Below are positions 1-10,097 of a stretch of DNA of 64,000 nucleotides, one piece after another; position 1 is the first letter of the stretch, and every line of letters begins with the position of its first letter. Source of the stretch: an uncultured virus (IMG/VR IMGVR_UViG_3300037195_001681) (lineage: Duplodnaviria; Heunggongvirae; Uroviricota; Caudoviricetes; Schitoviridae); IMG/VR virus record IMGVR_UViG_3300037195_001681, positions 1-64,000 of that record. One strand, written 5' to 3'. The translations under genes and the position numbers were made by a program. The notes under the pieces are model-generated. The model did no database searches and was not told the DNA's origin. It saw only the letters and a program-made list of their open reading frames with translations.

Positions 1-1359
1 TTCGTGAAGATCGGCGTGGGTGACTTCTTCGCCGACAGCAGCGATATATTTCGCGAGCTTCACATAGGCTTTCTCACGGCTCAGGATGGTCTGGAAGCTG
101 CGTCCAGACTCTTCAATGAGCAGGATAGCCGACATCAGATGATCCATCTCGACTTCGGAACTCTGATCCAGGAATGCGTAGCCACCGGCCAGCTTGAGAG
201 CCTTGAAGTACCGGTGGCCGAGTTCGGCCTTGCGGATTTCTTCGTGCTCGGGAAGAGCATCGGCAGCCTTTTCGCAGGCGATTTTGTAGGTCAGCAGCTG
301 GATGGCAACATCGTCTTCGACCATCATTCGCCAGCCGAACATCGCAGGATCTGCGAGCTTGTGGAACAGATTGGAAAGGCTGTTCATCGACTGCATGTTC
401 GATGGTTGGATCAGCTTCGCATAGATCTCGGCCGGCGACATGGTCTCATGAGCCTTATTCTTCTGCTGTCCGAAACCGAATATACAGCGTCGAGCATAAC
501 CGATGTCGAGGAAAGTGTAGAAAAGATCCTCGGTCTGGCTGCCGTCGAAAAGTTTGGATGGGGTACCGAAGAGCAGCATATTGGCCGGCGTCTTGCCGTC
601 GAGCTCTTCACCACGCTGGTTGTCGTTGGTATTCTTGGTGAGCTTCTGCTTCACGAGACCCTGGTCGTAAAGCTCCAGGAATGTCGTGAGAAGCTCATCC
701 GAGCCAGTCAGGTTCGAACCGATTTCGTCGATCTGAAGATTGATCGCACCGATGCCACCGATCAGGAGCTTCTGACGAAGCTGCTTGACGGCTGGCGTGC
801 TGCCGCTGTCGAAGGTGAAAGGGAAGGCGCCAGCACGGTTGTACTCGCCAGTGATCTTGTCGTATTCTTCCTGGTCACTGGTTCCCTTCTTGACGGCACG
901 ATCGGCAGCGAGTTTCCAGAAACGCTGCTCAGCGATCGTTTCCATCGTGTCCTGCATGAAGCGATTGCGAAAGGGCTTCATAAAGTCGTTTTCGATGATA
1001 TTGATCGAGTGACCCTTACCGAAACCTGAAGTTGCCAGAGCCAAAGCGTAGATATTCACAGGAATATCTCCACGATCCTTGGTGACGATCGTGGCACGCA
1101 TGTTCGAAGCCATCTTTCCGATGAAGTAGGCAGCTTCGCAGGAGAACAGGCTGCGGTCGGAATTCTGGGTTTTGGCACAGAGAACATCGACCATTTCCTT
1201 GAGCACTGGGTGGTGCTCGACTTTGGACAGGTCGATGCCCGGGAGCTCATCTGCAACTTGAGCCACCAGCGTCCTGTTCAAGGCAGCTTCTTGGCTCGTT
1301 TCTTGCATGATTTCCTGGGTTTTCTGAACGTCTTGGGTGTTTTGTGCGCCCTCAGTCAT
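1..1359 (-). CDS. DNA primase/helicase, N4 gp43-like (5' part; runs off window start)
   Basis: Missing from the ORF track because it is truncated. Manual translation from ATG at 1359 gives MTEGAQ...HHPVLKEMVDVLCAKTQNSDR...MRATIVTKDRGDIPVNIYALALATSGFGKGHS, with a P-loop, matching N4 primases. Synteny after the gp42-like gene fits. Confidence 0.85.
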   Translation of the reverse strand, partial: MTEGAQNTQDVQKTQEIMQETSQEAALNRTLVAQVADELPGIDLSKVEHHPVLKEMVDVLCAKTQNSDRSLFSCEAAYFIGKMASNMRATIVTKDRGDIPVNIYALALATSGFGKGHSINIIENDFMKPFRNRFMQDTMETIAEQRFWKLAADRAVKKGTSDQEEYDKITGEYNRAGAFPFTFDSGSTPAVKQLRQKLLIGGIGAINLQIDEIGSNLTGSDELLTTFLELYDQGLVKQKLTKNTNDNQRGEELDGKTPANMLLFGTPSKLFDGSQTEDLFYTFLDIGYARRCIFGFGQQKNKAHETMSPAEIYAKLIQPSNMQSMNSLSNLFHKLADPAMFGWRMMVEDDVAIQLLTYKIACEKAADALPEHEEIRKAELGHRYFKALKLAGGYAFLDQSSEVEMDHLMSAILLIEESGRSFQTILSREKAYVKLAKYIAAVGEEVTHADLHE

Positions 1360-2368
1360 TGAAATATTCCTTCCTCTGTTCGCAGACGTCGAAAGCCGCG
1401 CAATAGCCGCAGGCTTTCACTTCTCCGGGGATTTCGACCACAACACCAACACCGCCCTTGCTGGCCTTGAATTGATGGGCTTCAGCGCGGTTGTCGAAGT
1501 TCTTGGTGGAGCGAGCGCCAGGCTGCTGAGCCTTAGCTGGATCGGTGTAGTATTTGAATTTGGGATCCGAGCGCCAGAGCTCTTCATCGGTGCAACGAGG
1601 CATCTGACTTTCGGGGACATTGATGTTCTGAGCCAGAAGACGGATTTTGTTACGGATCCAGTCTTCGGTTTCATCGAGTTCCAGCAGGGGAAGTGTCTTC
1701 TGTTCGACACGTTTCTGCGGATATTTGGGGTTCTGCTTGGCCTGGGCCTTCTGCCAGTCGGTGAAGATGTAATTCACCTGACAATGGTCGTCAGTGACCC
1801 GGGGAGCTTCACCATCGGTGCGATCTTGGTCGATCCAGCGATAGAGGCTCATCTGAAGCCTGTGCTCATCATCCCTGGTTCCGAATACCCAGCTCCAGGC
1901 TGAGGTACTCTTGTTATCATTCAGGATACCATCGGCAACCATGTCGAATTTGCCGCCTACGGTGTAAAGCACCCCGTCGATTTCGATTTCTCGAAGGCCA
2001 CGATTTTCCAACCAGACTGGGATGATGTCGGGGATATTTCGCATCTGTTCGGTGGTCGGATTGACCACGACACGTTTTACCACATCTTCAGGATAACCCA
2101 GACGGTGAAGGCCAAGAGAAGCTCCCTTGGTCCAGGCGCGTTCGATCGAGTCATGGATGGCATGGCCGAGCTTGCGAGCGATGAAGTCTTCGACGTCTTC
2201 GACACGTTCTTCCGGAGGAATTCGCTTGGGCAGGATGATCTGCTTGAGGGGTTTCATCAGCTGGGTGACGCTGATGTAATTCTGAACCCCTTCAACCATG
2301 TCGTATTCGTCATGGATCAGCCAGACAGCGAGAGGTAGGCTGATGCCTGAATTATTGGTGATTGGCAT
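1352..2368 (-). CDS. N4 gp42-like PD-(D/E)XK/Cas4-like nuclease
   Basis: MPITNNSGISLPLAVWL start, GKFD..DNKST nuclease motif, C-terminal CGYCAAFDVC cysteine cluster; lies between polymerase and primase. Confidence 0.8.
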   Translation of the reverse strand: MPITNNSGISLPLAVWLIHDEYDMVEGVQNYISVTQLMKPLKQIILPKRIPPEERVEDVEDFIARKLGHAIHDSIERAWTKGASLGLHRLGYPEDVVKRVVVNPTTEQMRNIPDIIPVWLENRGLREIEIDGVLYTVGGKFDMVADGILNDNKSTSAWSWVFGTRDDEHRLQMSLYRWIDQDRTDGEAPRVTDDHCQVNYIFTDWQKAQAKQNPKYPQKRVEQKTLPLLELDETEDWIRNKIRLLAQNINVPESQMPRCTDEELWRSDPKFKYYTDPAKAQQPGARSTKNFDNRAEAHQFKASKGGVGVVVEIPGEVKACGYCAAFDVCEQRKEYFND

Positions 2369-2382
2369 GATGAAATTCCTGC

Positions 2383-2766
2383 TCAGTCGAAATATTGCTG
2401 GAAGAGGGCGATCGCCATACGAAGACGATCGGGTTCGTTGGTGATGGTGTAATTCACCAGTTCATCGACGATGGTTGCCCGATTTGCATCGAGCTTGCCG
2501 GCATTGATGGCTGCCGAAGTTCGCTCACGGCAGAAGCCGTAGAACATCGAACCGATGAAGGGGACGTACGGAAGATTCATCTGGCGTTCGAGATACCAGA
2601 CAGCTTTCTTGGCTTCCTGTTGGACGCTGTCTTTCTCTCCGAGGCGCCAGGCATATTTCACGGCGAAAGCCACGTTGGTAGGCATGTGCTCGATGATTTC
2701 GGCACAGGCAGTCCCATCGTAGTATTTCGGGTTGATTGGGTCCGAGCCCACATTGGGCTGGACCAT
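2383..2766 (-). CDS. DUF3310 / SaV-like protein (T7 gp1.7-like)
   Basis: DPINPKYY...AVKYAWRLGEKD...KKAVWYLER pattern. Confidence 0.7.
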   Translation of the reverse strand: MVQPNVGSDPINPKYYDGTACAEIIEHMPTNVAFAVKYAWRLGEKDSVQQEAKKAVWYLERQMNLPYVPFIGSMFYGFCRERTSAAINAGKLDANRATIVDELVNYTITNEPDRLRMAIALFQQYFD

Positions 2767-3131
2767 CAGTTCACACCCTTGTCGGTGTTGTGGGCCTTGG
2801 AGAGATCCTGCTGGCCGGCATGGAATTCTTCGGGCAGCATGAGACCGAGATCGTTGATGCTAAGGAACACAGCGTTGAGGATATTCACGTCCTCGTTGAG
2901 GCTCTTGCGAAGCTGTACCTGAGCACCCTGCTGGGCGAGGCCGAGAAGGCGAACGTTTACCCGTCCATCGGCCGACATCATCATGGTGTTCACACGGGTA
3001 ATCCCCGATTCACCATTCGAATCGACGAAAGTGAGTTCGATGCAGGCGAGCAGGAAGTGAACGGGCACGGTTTCGTCGTTGTTGTCTCCGCTACCAGGGG
3101 TGGTGGCAAGGGGTTCGCCGAGCTGCGACAT
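2766..3131 (-). CDS. Conserved N4-like hypothetical protein
   Basis: Upstream GAGG RBS, stop/start overlap with the next gene, position directly downstream of the DNA polymerase. Confidence 0.65.
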   Translation of the reverse strand: MSQLGEPLATTPGSGDNNDETVPVHFLLACIELTFVDSNGESGITRVNTMMMSADGRVNVRLLGLAQQGAQVQLRKSLNEDVNILNAVFLSINDLGLMLPEEFHAGQQDLSKAHNTDKGVN

Positions 3132-3246
3132 ATTGAATTCCTCGTTTGGTTTTTGGTTTTGAAAGGCTCTACAGGGCGTTTAAGAACGCTCTCCAGAGAA
3201 AAGCCGGACTTTCAGCATTAGTTGATTGTAAGCTGAAAGGCCAGAA

Positions 3247-5916
3247 TTATTTCGACCCCTGGGAACCTTCCTGAAGGGATCGAAGGTGGTCGTCGATAAT
3301 CGCAAAAATCTGCGATTCTTCTGCACCGTTGGGGATGACGATTTCTTCATTCCAGGTCGGCTGGAAGATCGAAAGTTCTCCTCCAAGCTTCACTTCATCA
3401 TGCCAGATGTCAGGATGATCCTGCCATTCCACAGCCTGAATCAGGTGCTCGTTGGTGTACGTGATCGCACGAATATCATCCTTGATGAGGAAATAACCTG
3501 CATCATGGATCTGTGCTGTAGGTCGTATCTTGAGTCTGAACTCAGATTTCCTGACTTTTCCAAGAAATTCAGACCCAGCACGGCTGTTGAGAAGGCACCA
3601 GCTTTGGCCAAGAGCATTGCCGGCAGTACGACCTTCAGCTTCGGCTTCGTATGGTGTCTTGCTGGTTCCACGGATAACCTGAGCCAGAAGAGGTGTTCGA
3701 ACACGGAGACCGAAAGCTCCGGTGATGTAACCGTCGATCATTGCCTGATCGAGTTTGTCGTCCACCCAGTCGATGCTCACCTGGTAGAGCTCCTGGTAGC
3801 GAGCAACAACCTCATCGGCTTCAGCTTCACTGAAGCCGTATTTTTTCATGAGAGCGTGCTTCGTTCCCTGGTAAGTCAAAGTGAACGTCGGGTTTTTGGA
3901 TTTATCCCTGAGAGGTTTGTACTTTTTGGCGATGCTGTTGATGCTATCGACCGAAGATCCGTCGATGTCAGGCATCTTGTCGGGCCAATAAGCAAAAGCT
4001 CGAAGAGAGTGACCATCAAATCCATCAAGATAAACTTTAAGTTTGTTGGGATCCTTAGTTGTAAGTGCTGATATTCGATCCTCAAGCGAAGAGAAGTCGA
4101 CCCCGCAAAAAAGCCAACCGGGAGGTGCCTGGAAGCAGCTCTTAATCAGCTTCGCGTAGTAGAGTTTCAGCTTGTGGCCCTTACCGGTGCTCGGGAGATT
4201 TTGAAGATTTGGGCCTGATGAGCTTAGGCGGCCGGAAAGCGTTCCTCCGATATTGAAATTGCCGAACAGATAATGCCAGCAGACACCTGTTTCTGGGTCA
4301 GGTGGTCCTTCGACAGCACCAAGGATCGCCGGCATGAAGTTGGATGTCAGAATCTCGATGATGGCGAGGAGCTGAAAGTCCTCAAGGAGGCTCTTCAGAG
4401 CTGGATCGACTTCACCACTGTCAGTGCGATTGATTAGGGCTTCGATGCTTTCACCATCTGTCGAAGGCAGCTTGCTGTCGGTGAGATTGATCACGGGAAG
4501 CTGGAGCCAGTCGAAGAAAAGAGCTCGCTTCTGAGGATCGGATCCAGGGTTGAAGACCTGGGGTTCGTCGCCTGGTTTGATCTGTTTCTTCTTGAGTTTT
4601 TCGTTGCGCTTGCGAGCGTGTTCGACATCGAGGTAATCCGTCGTGAATTGTTTCACGACAGGGTGAGCCAGGATGGAAGCTCGAAGGCGATCGCGTTCGG
4701 TGGTCAGTTGCTCATCGACCTCGATCGCCCGTTCCATGTTCACCGGCATACCGGTGAGCTGCATTTGAACGATGTCCAGAACTGCTGGCTTGAAGAGCGT
4801 CTCGTAGATCTCTCGCTGATCGTCAGCATCCATCATGGGTTCGTGCTTTTCTTTCACGAACCATGTGGCGAGACCATCAATGAGATTATATTCGAGAAGG
4901 CGTGGGAGCTTGATCCTGGTGATGTCTTTCAACTCGTCACCAAGAGCGTAATTTCCGCAGTATTCTTGGGAATTACTCTTGAGATCGAGTTTATTACCTG
5001 CACAGCTGTTGACTGCGAGATAGGTGATAATCTTGGTGCAGTCCCAGTCCCGGAGCATCACTTCCAGACCGTAGAGGAGACCCTCGGTATCGAGGATGTC
5101 CTTCATGAACAGCTGGTAGATCAGGACGGTTACATCGTATGTGATGCTGTGATAGGTAGTCTTGCCCTGATAGGTCTCGAAGAAACGCTTCAGAGCAGCC
5201 CTGACGGCCGCTGAATGCTGATATGACACGAGTTCGTCGGTCACAGGATCCCGGTCGAAATAATCGACTGGGAAAGCGACCCCTTCATGCTTGTTCCAGC
5301 AAAAAGTGATGGTGCCGATTCCTGCTTCGGTGAATTTTAGGCTGAAGCCTTCAATATCGACAGTTAGCTCAGGATATTGATGGAGCTTCTCAAGCCATTT
5401 TTCGATCTCGACGAAGTCAGTCGGATAAGCAGCATGATGGATAATGTCCGAACCAGGCATCTCATAGGTGCCTTTATCGTGCTCCTGGAGAGCTGAAATG
5501 CTTCGAGCAATCTTCTCGCGAACACGATCCGGGTCGTAGAAAATGGTGCGGTGATTGGGGACATAGACCACCTTCTGAGATCCAAAGGCGGAGTCGAGAA
5601 CGTAACCGAGTGTAGCTTCGACCTTGGTGGCACCGGTGATTGCTTTGAAATAGTCGCCGTCTGCAACAATGAGATATTCGACTGAGAGATCATCGAAGGT
5701 CGGTTGGAGCATCTCTTCCACGTATGCCTTCATCTCGGCCATCGGCGTCTTCTTCTTGCCGGCTGTCTGATGGAGGGAGAGAGCGAAAGTCTCTGCACGA
5801 TCGAGATTGTGGGGGATCAGATAGGCATCTTCGAGAGCTTCGGAACGGAGCTCGGTGGTCAGGATGCAGAACTTGTACCGATCATGTTCGACTTTGTCGA
5901 AGGTCAAGTAGCGCAT
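3247..5916 (-). CDS. DNA polymerase, family A (N4 gp39-like)
   Basis: Exo I motif DIEGFS, GTLSGRLSSSGPNLQNLP, motif A DFSSLEDR, motif B RDKSKNPTFTLTYQG, motif C QIHDA. Confidence 0.97.
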   Translation of the reverse strand: MRYLTFDKVEHDRYKFCILTTELRSEALEDAYLIPHNLDRAETFALSLHQTAGKKKTPMAEMKAYVEEMLQPTFDDLSVEYLIVADGDYFKAITGATKVEATLGYVLDSAFGSQKVVYVPNHRTIFYDPDRVREKIARSISALQEHDKGTYEMPGSDIIHHAAYPTDFVEIEKWLEKLHQYPELTVDIEGFSLKFTEAGIGTITFCWNKHEGVAFPVDYFDRDPVTDELVSYQHSAAVRAALKRFFETYQGKTTYHSITYDVTVLIYQLFMKDILDTEGLLYGLEVMLRDWDCTKIITYLAVNSCAGNKLDLKSNSQEYCGNYALGDELKDITRIKLPRLLEYNLIDGLATWFVKEKHEPMMDADDQREIYETLFKPAVLDIVQMQLTGMPVNMERAIEVDEQLTTERDRLRASILAHPVVKQFTTDYLDVEHARKRNEKLKKKQIKPGDEPQVFNPGSDPQKRALFFDWLQLPVINLTDSKLPSTDGESIEALINRTDSGEVDPALKSLLEDFQLLAIIEILTSNFMPAILGAVEGPPDPETGVCWHYLFGNFNIGGTLSGRLSSSGPNLQNLPSTGKGHKLKLYYAKLIKSCFQAPPGWLFCGVDFSSLEDRISALTTKDPNKLKVYLDGFDGHSLRAFAYWPDKMPDIDGSSVDSINSIAKKYKPLRDKSKNPTFTLTYQGTKHALMKKYGFSEAEADEVVARYQELYQVSIDWVDDKLDQAMIDGYITGAFGLRVRTPLLAQVIRGTSKTPYEAEAEGRTAGNALGQSWCLLNSRAGSEFLGKVRKSEFRLKIRPTAQIHDAGYFLIKDDIRAITYTNEHLIQAVEWQDHPDIWHDEVKLGGELSIFQPTWNEEIVIPNGAEESQIFAIIDDHLRSLQEGSQGSK

Positions 5917-5936
5917 TATCTAACTCACTTGATAAA

Positions 5937-6506
5937 TTAGAAGAGAAGTCGGGTAGCTGCATATTCCTGGATTTTCGGAAGTGTCTTCCGATATTCCCTG
6001 AGAACCCTGAGTTCGTCGATTGAGCCTTCGAGGCTGTTCATTCGATCGACCTTGTAGGGCTCAGGGAGAAGATCCGCGATGCAGTCAGGGATTGCATCTC
6101 TGACGTGCTGAATGTGCTGATCGTAACTCGAAGGATGGTTGGCGATGTCCGATCTGAGCTGGTCAGAGACATGGCATTGGATCAGGCGGAAAAGCAACTG
6201 CTGAATTCGATGCTTGTCTTGTTCGATGCGATCCTGATCGACAGTGAATTCAGCCATTTCATCCCAGACGGAGAGATGGAGAGTGCGGAAATTGTTTCCA
6301 CCCGGGGGCACACTGCTGTGGCGGTAGGCTCGTCCCTGAAACATGAAACCATCCAGAGAGGTCTTGTGGGCTTCCTGGTTCAGGTCGCAGAGCCTGTCTT
6401 TCTCCCGGGAAAGCCTTCTCTCTTCTGGTTCGAAGAGAGCATCGGTCACTGTCGTGATGATGTCGAAGGCACTGCTCGTGGGGGAGGACATTTGCGTGTT
6501 AGCCAT
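5937..6506 (-). CDS. N4 gp38-like hypothetical protein
   Basis: Lies between helicase and polymerase; ends in the conserved-looking YAATRLLF. Confidence 0.65.
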   Translation of the reverse strand: MANTQMSSPTSSAFDIITTVTDALFEPEERRLSREKDRLCDLNQEAHKTSLDGFMFQGRAYRHSSVPPGGNNFRTLHLSVWDEMAEFTVDQDRIEQDKHRIQQLLFRLIQCHVSDQLRSDIANHPSSYDQHIQHVRDAIPDCIADLLPEPYKVDRMNSLEGSIDELRVLREYRKTLPKIQEYAATRLLF

Positions 6507-7824
6507 AGGTCAATCCTCCATACTTGGGAGCGAGATCGCCGAACAGGAAAATCCTGTGGCGTTCACGGCTGAGAGCCACATAGAGCATCCTAGCAACCTG
6601 GGCAGGATTGCGGCAGGTCGAGATGTCGTGGAGGTCGATGAAGGCGGTGTCGTAGGTGCTACCCTGCGCCTTGTAGACTGTTGCTGCATCGCGCTGGCGA
6701 AGATCGGGATAAGTGTTTCGAAGTTCAAAATACATCCCCCAATCTTTACGTTTACGGAAAAATTCGACGAGAGCTGCGAAATGAGCTCGATCGGTTGGCA
6801 GTGGAATGTTCTCGAAGATACCACCACTGCGGGTTTTCAGATCGGCATTTCGATAGTTGAGCCAGACTTCTTCCTGGTCGCCGTTAGCTGGAACCACAAG
6901 GGTTGATTCGACATCACCGAGACGAATAATTTCCACCTCGTCTTCGACAGAGAGCATGGCGCTCTTGAGACGTATGGCTGCATTGTTCACGAGGAGTTCG
7001 CCGACGGTGTATTCGTCCGGGAGACCGCGAAGATCCCGGATATAATCGTTGTAAGCAACGACTCTCTTGTTGGTGTAGCAGAGAATTCGGCTATCGAGGG
7101 TTTGCTGGGAGAAAGTGCTCTTCAGCTTTTCCTGCATCTCGTCATTATCCAGATGGTCGATGATACCAGGAACGATCTTGATCGGTTCGAACACACCGGT
7201 TTCGACAGTTCGACGAAGTTGAGCATGAAGAGCCTGTATCTCAGGGATCTGGGTACGCATCTGCTCGGTGAGGACATGCCACTTCATTCGACCTTCGCGA
7301 TAGATCGGGGAGGATTGTTCCTTGACTGGGGCCATTTGGCAGTGATCGCCGACATAAACGATCTTGCAGTTCTGCGTGCCTTCCTGGATCAGGGCATCGA
7401 GCTTGCTGTCGTCCATCGAGCATTCGTCGATGAAAATGATCTTGTCCTGGTGAACGGTCCAGTCGTTGCGTTTGGAGATTTTCGATTCGCCGGTGCTGTA
7501 ATCGTCTCTCACTTTGAGACGCATGAACGAATGAATCGTCTGTACTTCGCGGCCGGTGAATACCGACAGGACCTCGCTTGCCTTGTTGGTCAACGAGGTC
7601 ATGACGACTTCATCGAATTGCGGTTTCAGACCGGTCAACTCACATGCTTCATGGTAGCGAGGCATGACTTCGTCGATGAGGTGGCTGATGAGAAACGTCT
7701 TGCCGACGCCACCGCCACCCGAGATGCCCATTTCCTTGTCTTCGCTGAAGAGGAATTCGAAGAAGGCATCTGCGACGTTTTGCTGTCCGTTGTTGAGACT
7801 GCTAATTTTTTGCATTGTATTCAT
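6499..7824 (-). CDS. SF1B Dda/RecD-like DNA helicase (N4 gp37-like)
   Basis: Walker A GGGGVGKT, Walker B FIDECSM, VGDHCQMAPV, TVYKAQGSTY, YVALSR. Confidence 0.95.
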   Translation of the reverse strand: MNTMQKISSLNNGQQNVADAFFEFLFSEDKEMGISGGGGVGKTFLISHLIDEVMPRYHEACELTGLKPQFDEVVMTSLTNKASEVLSVFTGREVQTIHSFMRLKVRDDYSTGESKISKRNDWTVHQDKIIFIDECSMDDSKLDALIQEGTQNCKIVYVGDHCQMAPVKEQSSPIYREGRMKWHVLTEQMRTQIPEIQALHAQLRRTVETGVFEPIKIVPGIIDHLDNDEMQEKLKSTFSQQTLDSRILCYTNKRVVAYNDYIRDLRGLPDEYTVGELLVNNAAIRLKSAMLSVEDEVEIIRLGDVESTLVVPANGDQEEVWLNYRNADLKTRSGGIFENIPLPTDRAHFAALVEFFRKRKDWGMYFELRNTYPDLRQRDAATVYKAQGSTYDTAFIDLHDISTCRNPAQVARMLYVALSRERHRIFLFGDLAPKYGGLTYG

Positions 7825-7834
7825 CCTGAAAGAG

Positions 7835-7868
7835 AGAAACCCCGGATAAACGAATATCCGGGGTTTCT
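7835..7868 (-). terminator. Intrinsic terminator-like hairpin
   Basis: AGAAACCCCGGATA/TATCCGGGGTTTCT stem with a pyrimidine-rich 3' tail on the minus strand. Confidence 0.55.
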
Positions 7869-7890
7869 TGAAGTGATGTGAGAAAGAGAT

Positions 7891-8172
7891 TCAAAGGAGA
7901 TCTTTGGCGAGAAGATTCCGGATGTGGTCCTTGATGGAAAGATTCGGACCCAGCTTGGCTGCCAGCTTGTCCAGCTGCGCTTCGCTGAAATTTCGGAGGA
8001 CATCCTCCATGAACGCTCGCCTGGTATCGGCTGGCTCAATATTCAGACTTTTCAATCTGATAGTCACAGTGGTCGGATGACATTGGAGCTTGGTGCCAAT
8101 GGTGCCGAGGCTGAAGCCAAGGCTATTCCATTTGACGATGTCAGCATCCGAGACCTTCTGGCTGGTGCTCAT
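7891..8172 (-). CDS. Small HTH-like DNA-binding protein (N4-conserved)
   Basis: SLGTIGTKLQCHPTTVTIRLKSL helix-turn-helix-like segment followed by PADTRRAFME. Confidence 0.7.
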   Translation of the reverse strand: MSTSQKVSDADIVKWNSLGFSLGTIGTKLQCHPTTVTIRLKSLNIEPADTRRAFMEDVLRNFSEAQLDKLAAKLGPNLSIKDHIRNLLAKDLL

Positions 8173-8252
8173 GGTGGGGTAGTCCTTCCTGGTGCCTAAC
8201 TTAACTCGACCCTCCTATGAAGGAATCGAGTTAAGTTGTATAGGCTATCAGG

Positions 8253-10076
8253 TTAGATATTCTCCATCCTGGTCTGGAGGGCATCGAAATTCTTGATGCC
8301 CAAGGTACCCCAGCCGACCTTCGAGCTCTTCTTATGCTCGATCAGATCCTGGAAAGCCTGCTGACGCTTGGCCTTGGAGAGCTTCGGATTATCGGCCAAA
8401 GCAGCGAGATGTTCGGCCTTCTCACGACGGGTCATGTTCGAGAGATCGGCTTCCTTTTTCGCGGCCGGCTTCGTTGCTTTTTTCGGAGCGGTCTTCTTCG
8501 CCGGAGCCTTCTTGGCCGGGGTCTTCACCTTGGTTTCAGCCTTTGACGGATCGTTGGCGAGAATGGTCTTTTCCTCGGTTGCACTGAAGCCCAGGGCGCT
8601 CCAACCCTTCTTCTTGGCCTTCTTGAAGTCATAGAGACCAACCCAGTTCTTCTTCTCGAAGAGCTGGCGCTGTTCAGTCGAAGCCTGCTTCTTCTGAACG
8701 ACACGATCGCTGGTGGCCTTGGGATCAACAGCCGGTGCCTGTTCACGCTTGGCATCGACGTCGATCGCCTCGGTTTCCGGCGTACGGTTCTTCGGCTTGG
8801 GAGCCTTCTGGATGACACCGTCAAGCTTGGCGGCCGGAGTGATCTTCACGTCCGTTCCTCTGGCTCCACCGATGGCAACTTCTTCGATCACGCCGATATG
8901 CTGACCACGAAGAGCCATGGTGAGCATCTTCTTGGCCTCGCTACCTTCGAGCGGTTTGTTGGCCCGGAGACTGTAATGCTCGTTGGCCGGGATATTGAAC
9001 AGGATGTGGTACCCACGGGCACGCATCTTGTCAGGTTCGCCCTGGGGAACGGCAATTACATCTTCGGGATTGACCTTCACCATGGTGATAATGTCACCGG
9101 AGAAGCCGCGAAGATACCCACGACGAGCGATGTGGAGACCGGTCGAACATTGTGTACGACGGCTTTCATCGACGTTCGCCTGGGTGACATAGCTGCCGAT
9201 CTGCTGGACGACCTTGCCGGTGTGGCAATCGACGAACTTGCCCTTGGGAGCGCCATGGCTCTTGAGGACCTTGTAGGCGACGATCGAACCATCATCGGCA
9301 ATCGGAAGATCGCCACGGCTCATGAAGTTGAGCAGTTCGTCGATGGTATGACGACGCTTGTCGATCACGGCAGCGAGACGACGAACGAAGTTCGTGGCAC
9401 CTTCGGTGCTGCCTAGCTTCACTGCATGGCGCAGCTGGAGTTCGAGATGTTCGATACCCGGAACGATGGTGAGGTCTTCACCACCTTCATCGTTCGAGAC
9501 AGCCGCGATCATCGTGTGCTCTTCGGTCGTATCCGATGCACGGAATTTCGGATCGCTGACCGGCTGGGCATTGGCCATGATCTCGCCGATCGCTTCCTTC
9601 TGAGAAGGTTTCCTGGTGGTCGTGGCATCGGAAACGATCGAGGGAGCCGGTATGGGAGTGGGCGTCGGAGTGGGTGTGGAGGTGGATGCGGGATCGTCTT
9701 CGTTGTTGGGAACGACACCGATCACTGCCGGCTGGAGGTGAGGAGCTTCAGTAGCATTTTCCGAAGTTTCTTCGCCATCTTCGACGATCTGATCGAACAA
9801 GTCGGTCAGTTTGCTGCGGTGGACACGGAAGAAGCGAATGGCACCGCGAACAAGGTTTTCGAATTCGCGATACACGTCGCTGTCCGGGTCGGCCAGCTCG
9901 GTGATGTCGACATCGGCCCAGCCTTGTTCGGCGATGGGATCGGATGCCTGGTCGAGAATCTTGGCGACACGAGGATCACCCTGGGGGATATCCATGGTTT
10001 CGCCGTCCTCTTTGTAGAGAACGAGTTTCTCGGTATCGAGAACCGCCGCAATGATCCTGATGGTGGTAGAGCTCAT
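8253..10076 (-). CDS. rIIB: rIIB-like protein
   Basis: LPIADDGSIVAYK, DCHTG, CSTGLH, VKVNPEDVIAVP motifs; directly follows rIIA. Confidence 0.9.
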   Translation of the reverse strand: MSSTTIRIIAAVLDTEKLVLYKEDGETMDIPQGDPRVAKILDQASDPIAEQGWADVDITELADPDSDVYREFENLVRGAIRFFRVHRSKLTDLFDQIVEDGEETSENATEAPHLQPAVIGVVPNNEDDPASTSTPTPTPTPIPAPSIVSDATTTRKPSQKEAIGEIMANAQPVSDPKFRASDTTEEHTMIAAVSNDEGGEDLTIVPGIEHLELQLRHAVKLGSTEGATNFVRRLAAVIDKRRHTIDELLNFMSRGDLPIADDGSIVAYKVLKSHGAPKGKFVDCHTGKVVQQIGSYVTQANVDESRRTQCSTGLHIARRGYLRGFSGDIITMVKVNPEDVIAVPQGEPDKMRARGYHILFNIPANEHYSLRANKPLEGSEAKKMLTMALRGQHIGVIEEVAIGGARGTDVKITPAAKLDGVIQKAPKPKNRTPETEAIDVDAKREQAPAVDPKATSDRVVQKKQASTEQRQLFEKKNWVGLYDFKKAKKKGWSALGFSATEEKTILANDPSKAETKVKTPAKKAPAKKTAPKKATKPAAKKEADLSNMTRREKAEHLAALADNPKLSKAKRQQAFQDLIEHKKSSKVGWGTLGIKNFDALQTRMENI

Positions 10077-10097
10077 TTTCTGTTCCTTTTCAGAGAT

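Noticed and set aside
4..1029. 341-aa plus-strand ORF
   Set aside because: Antisense shadow of the minus-strand primase, which carries the recognisable motifs
1352..2368. Cas4-like gene as evidence of a CRISPR system
   Set aside because: This is a core N4 replication-region nuclease; I saw no repeat-spacer array or other cas gene in the window
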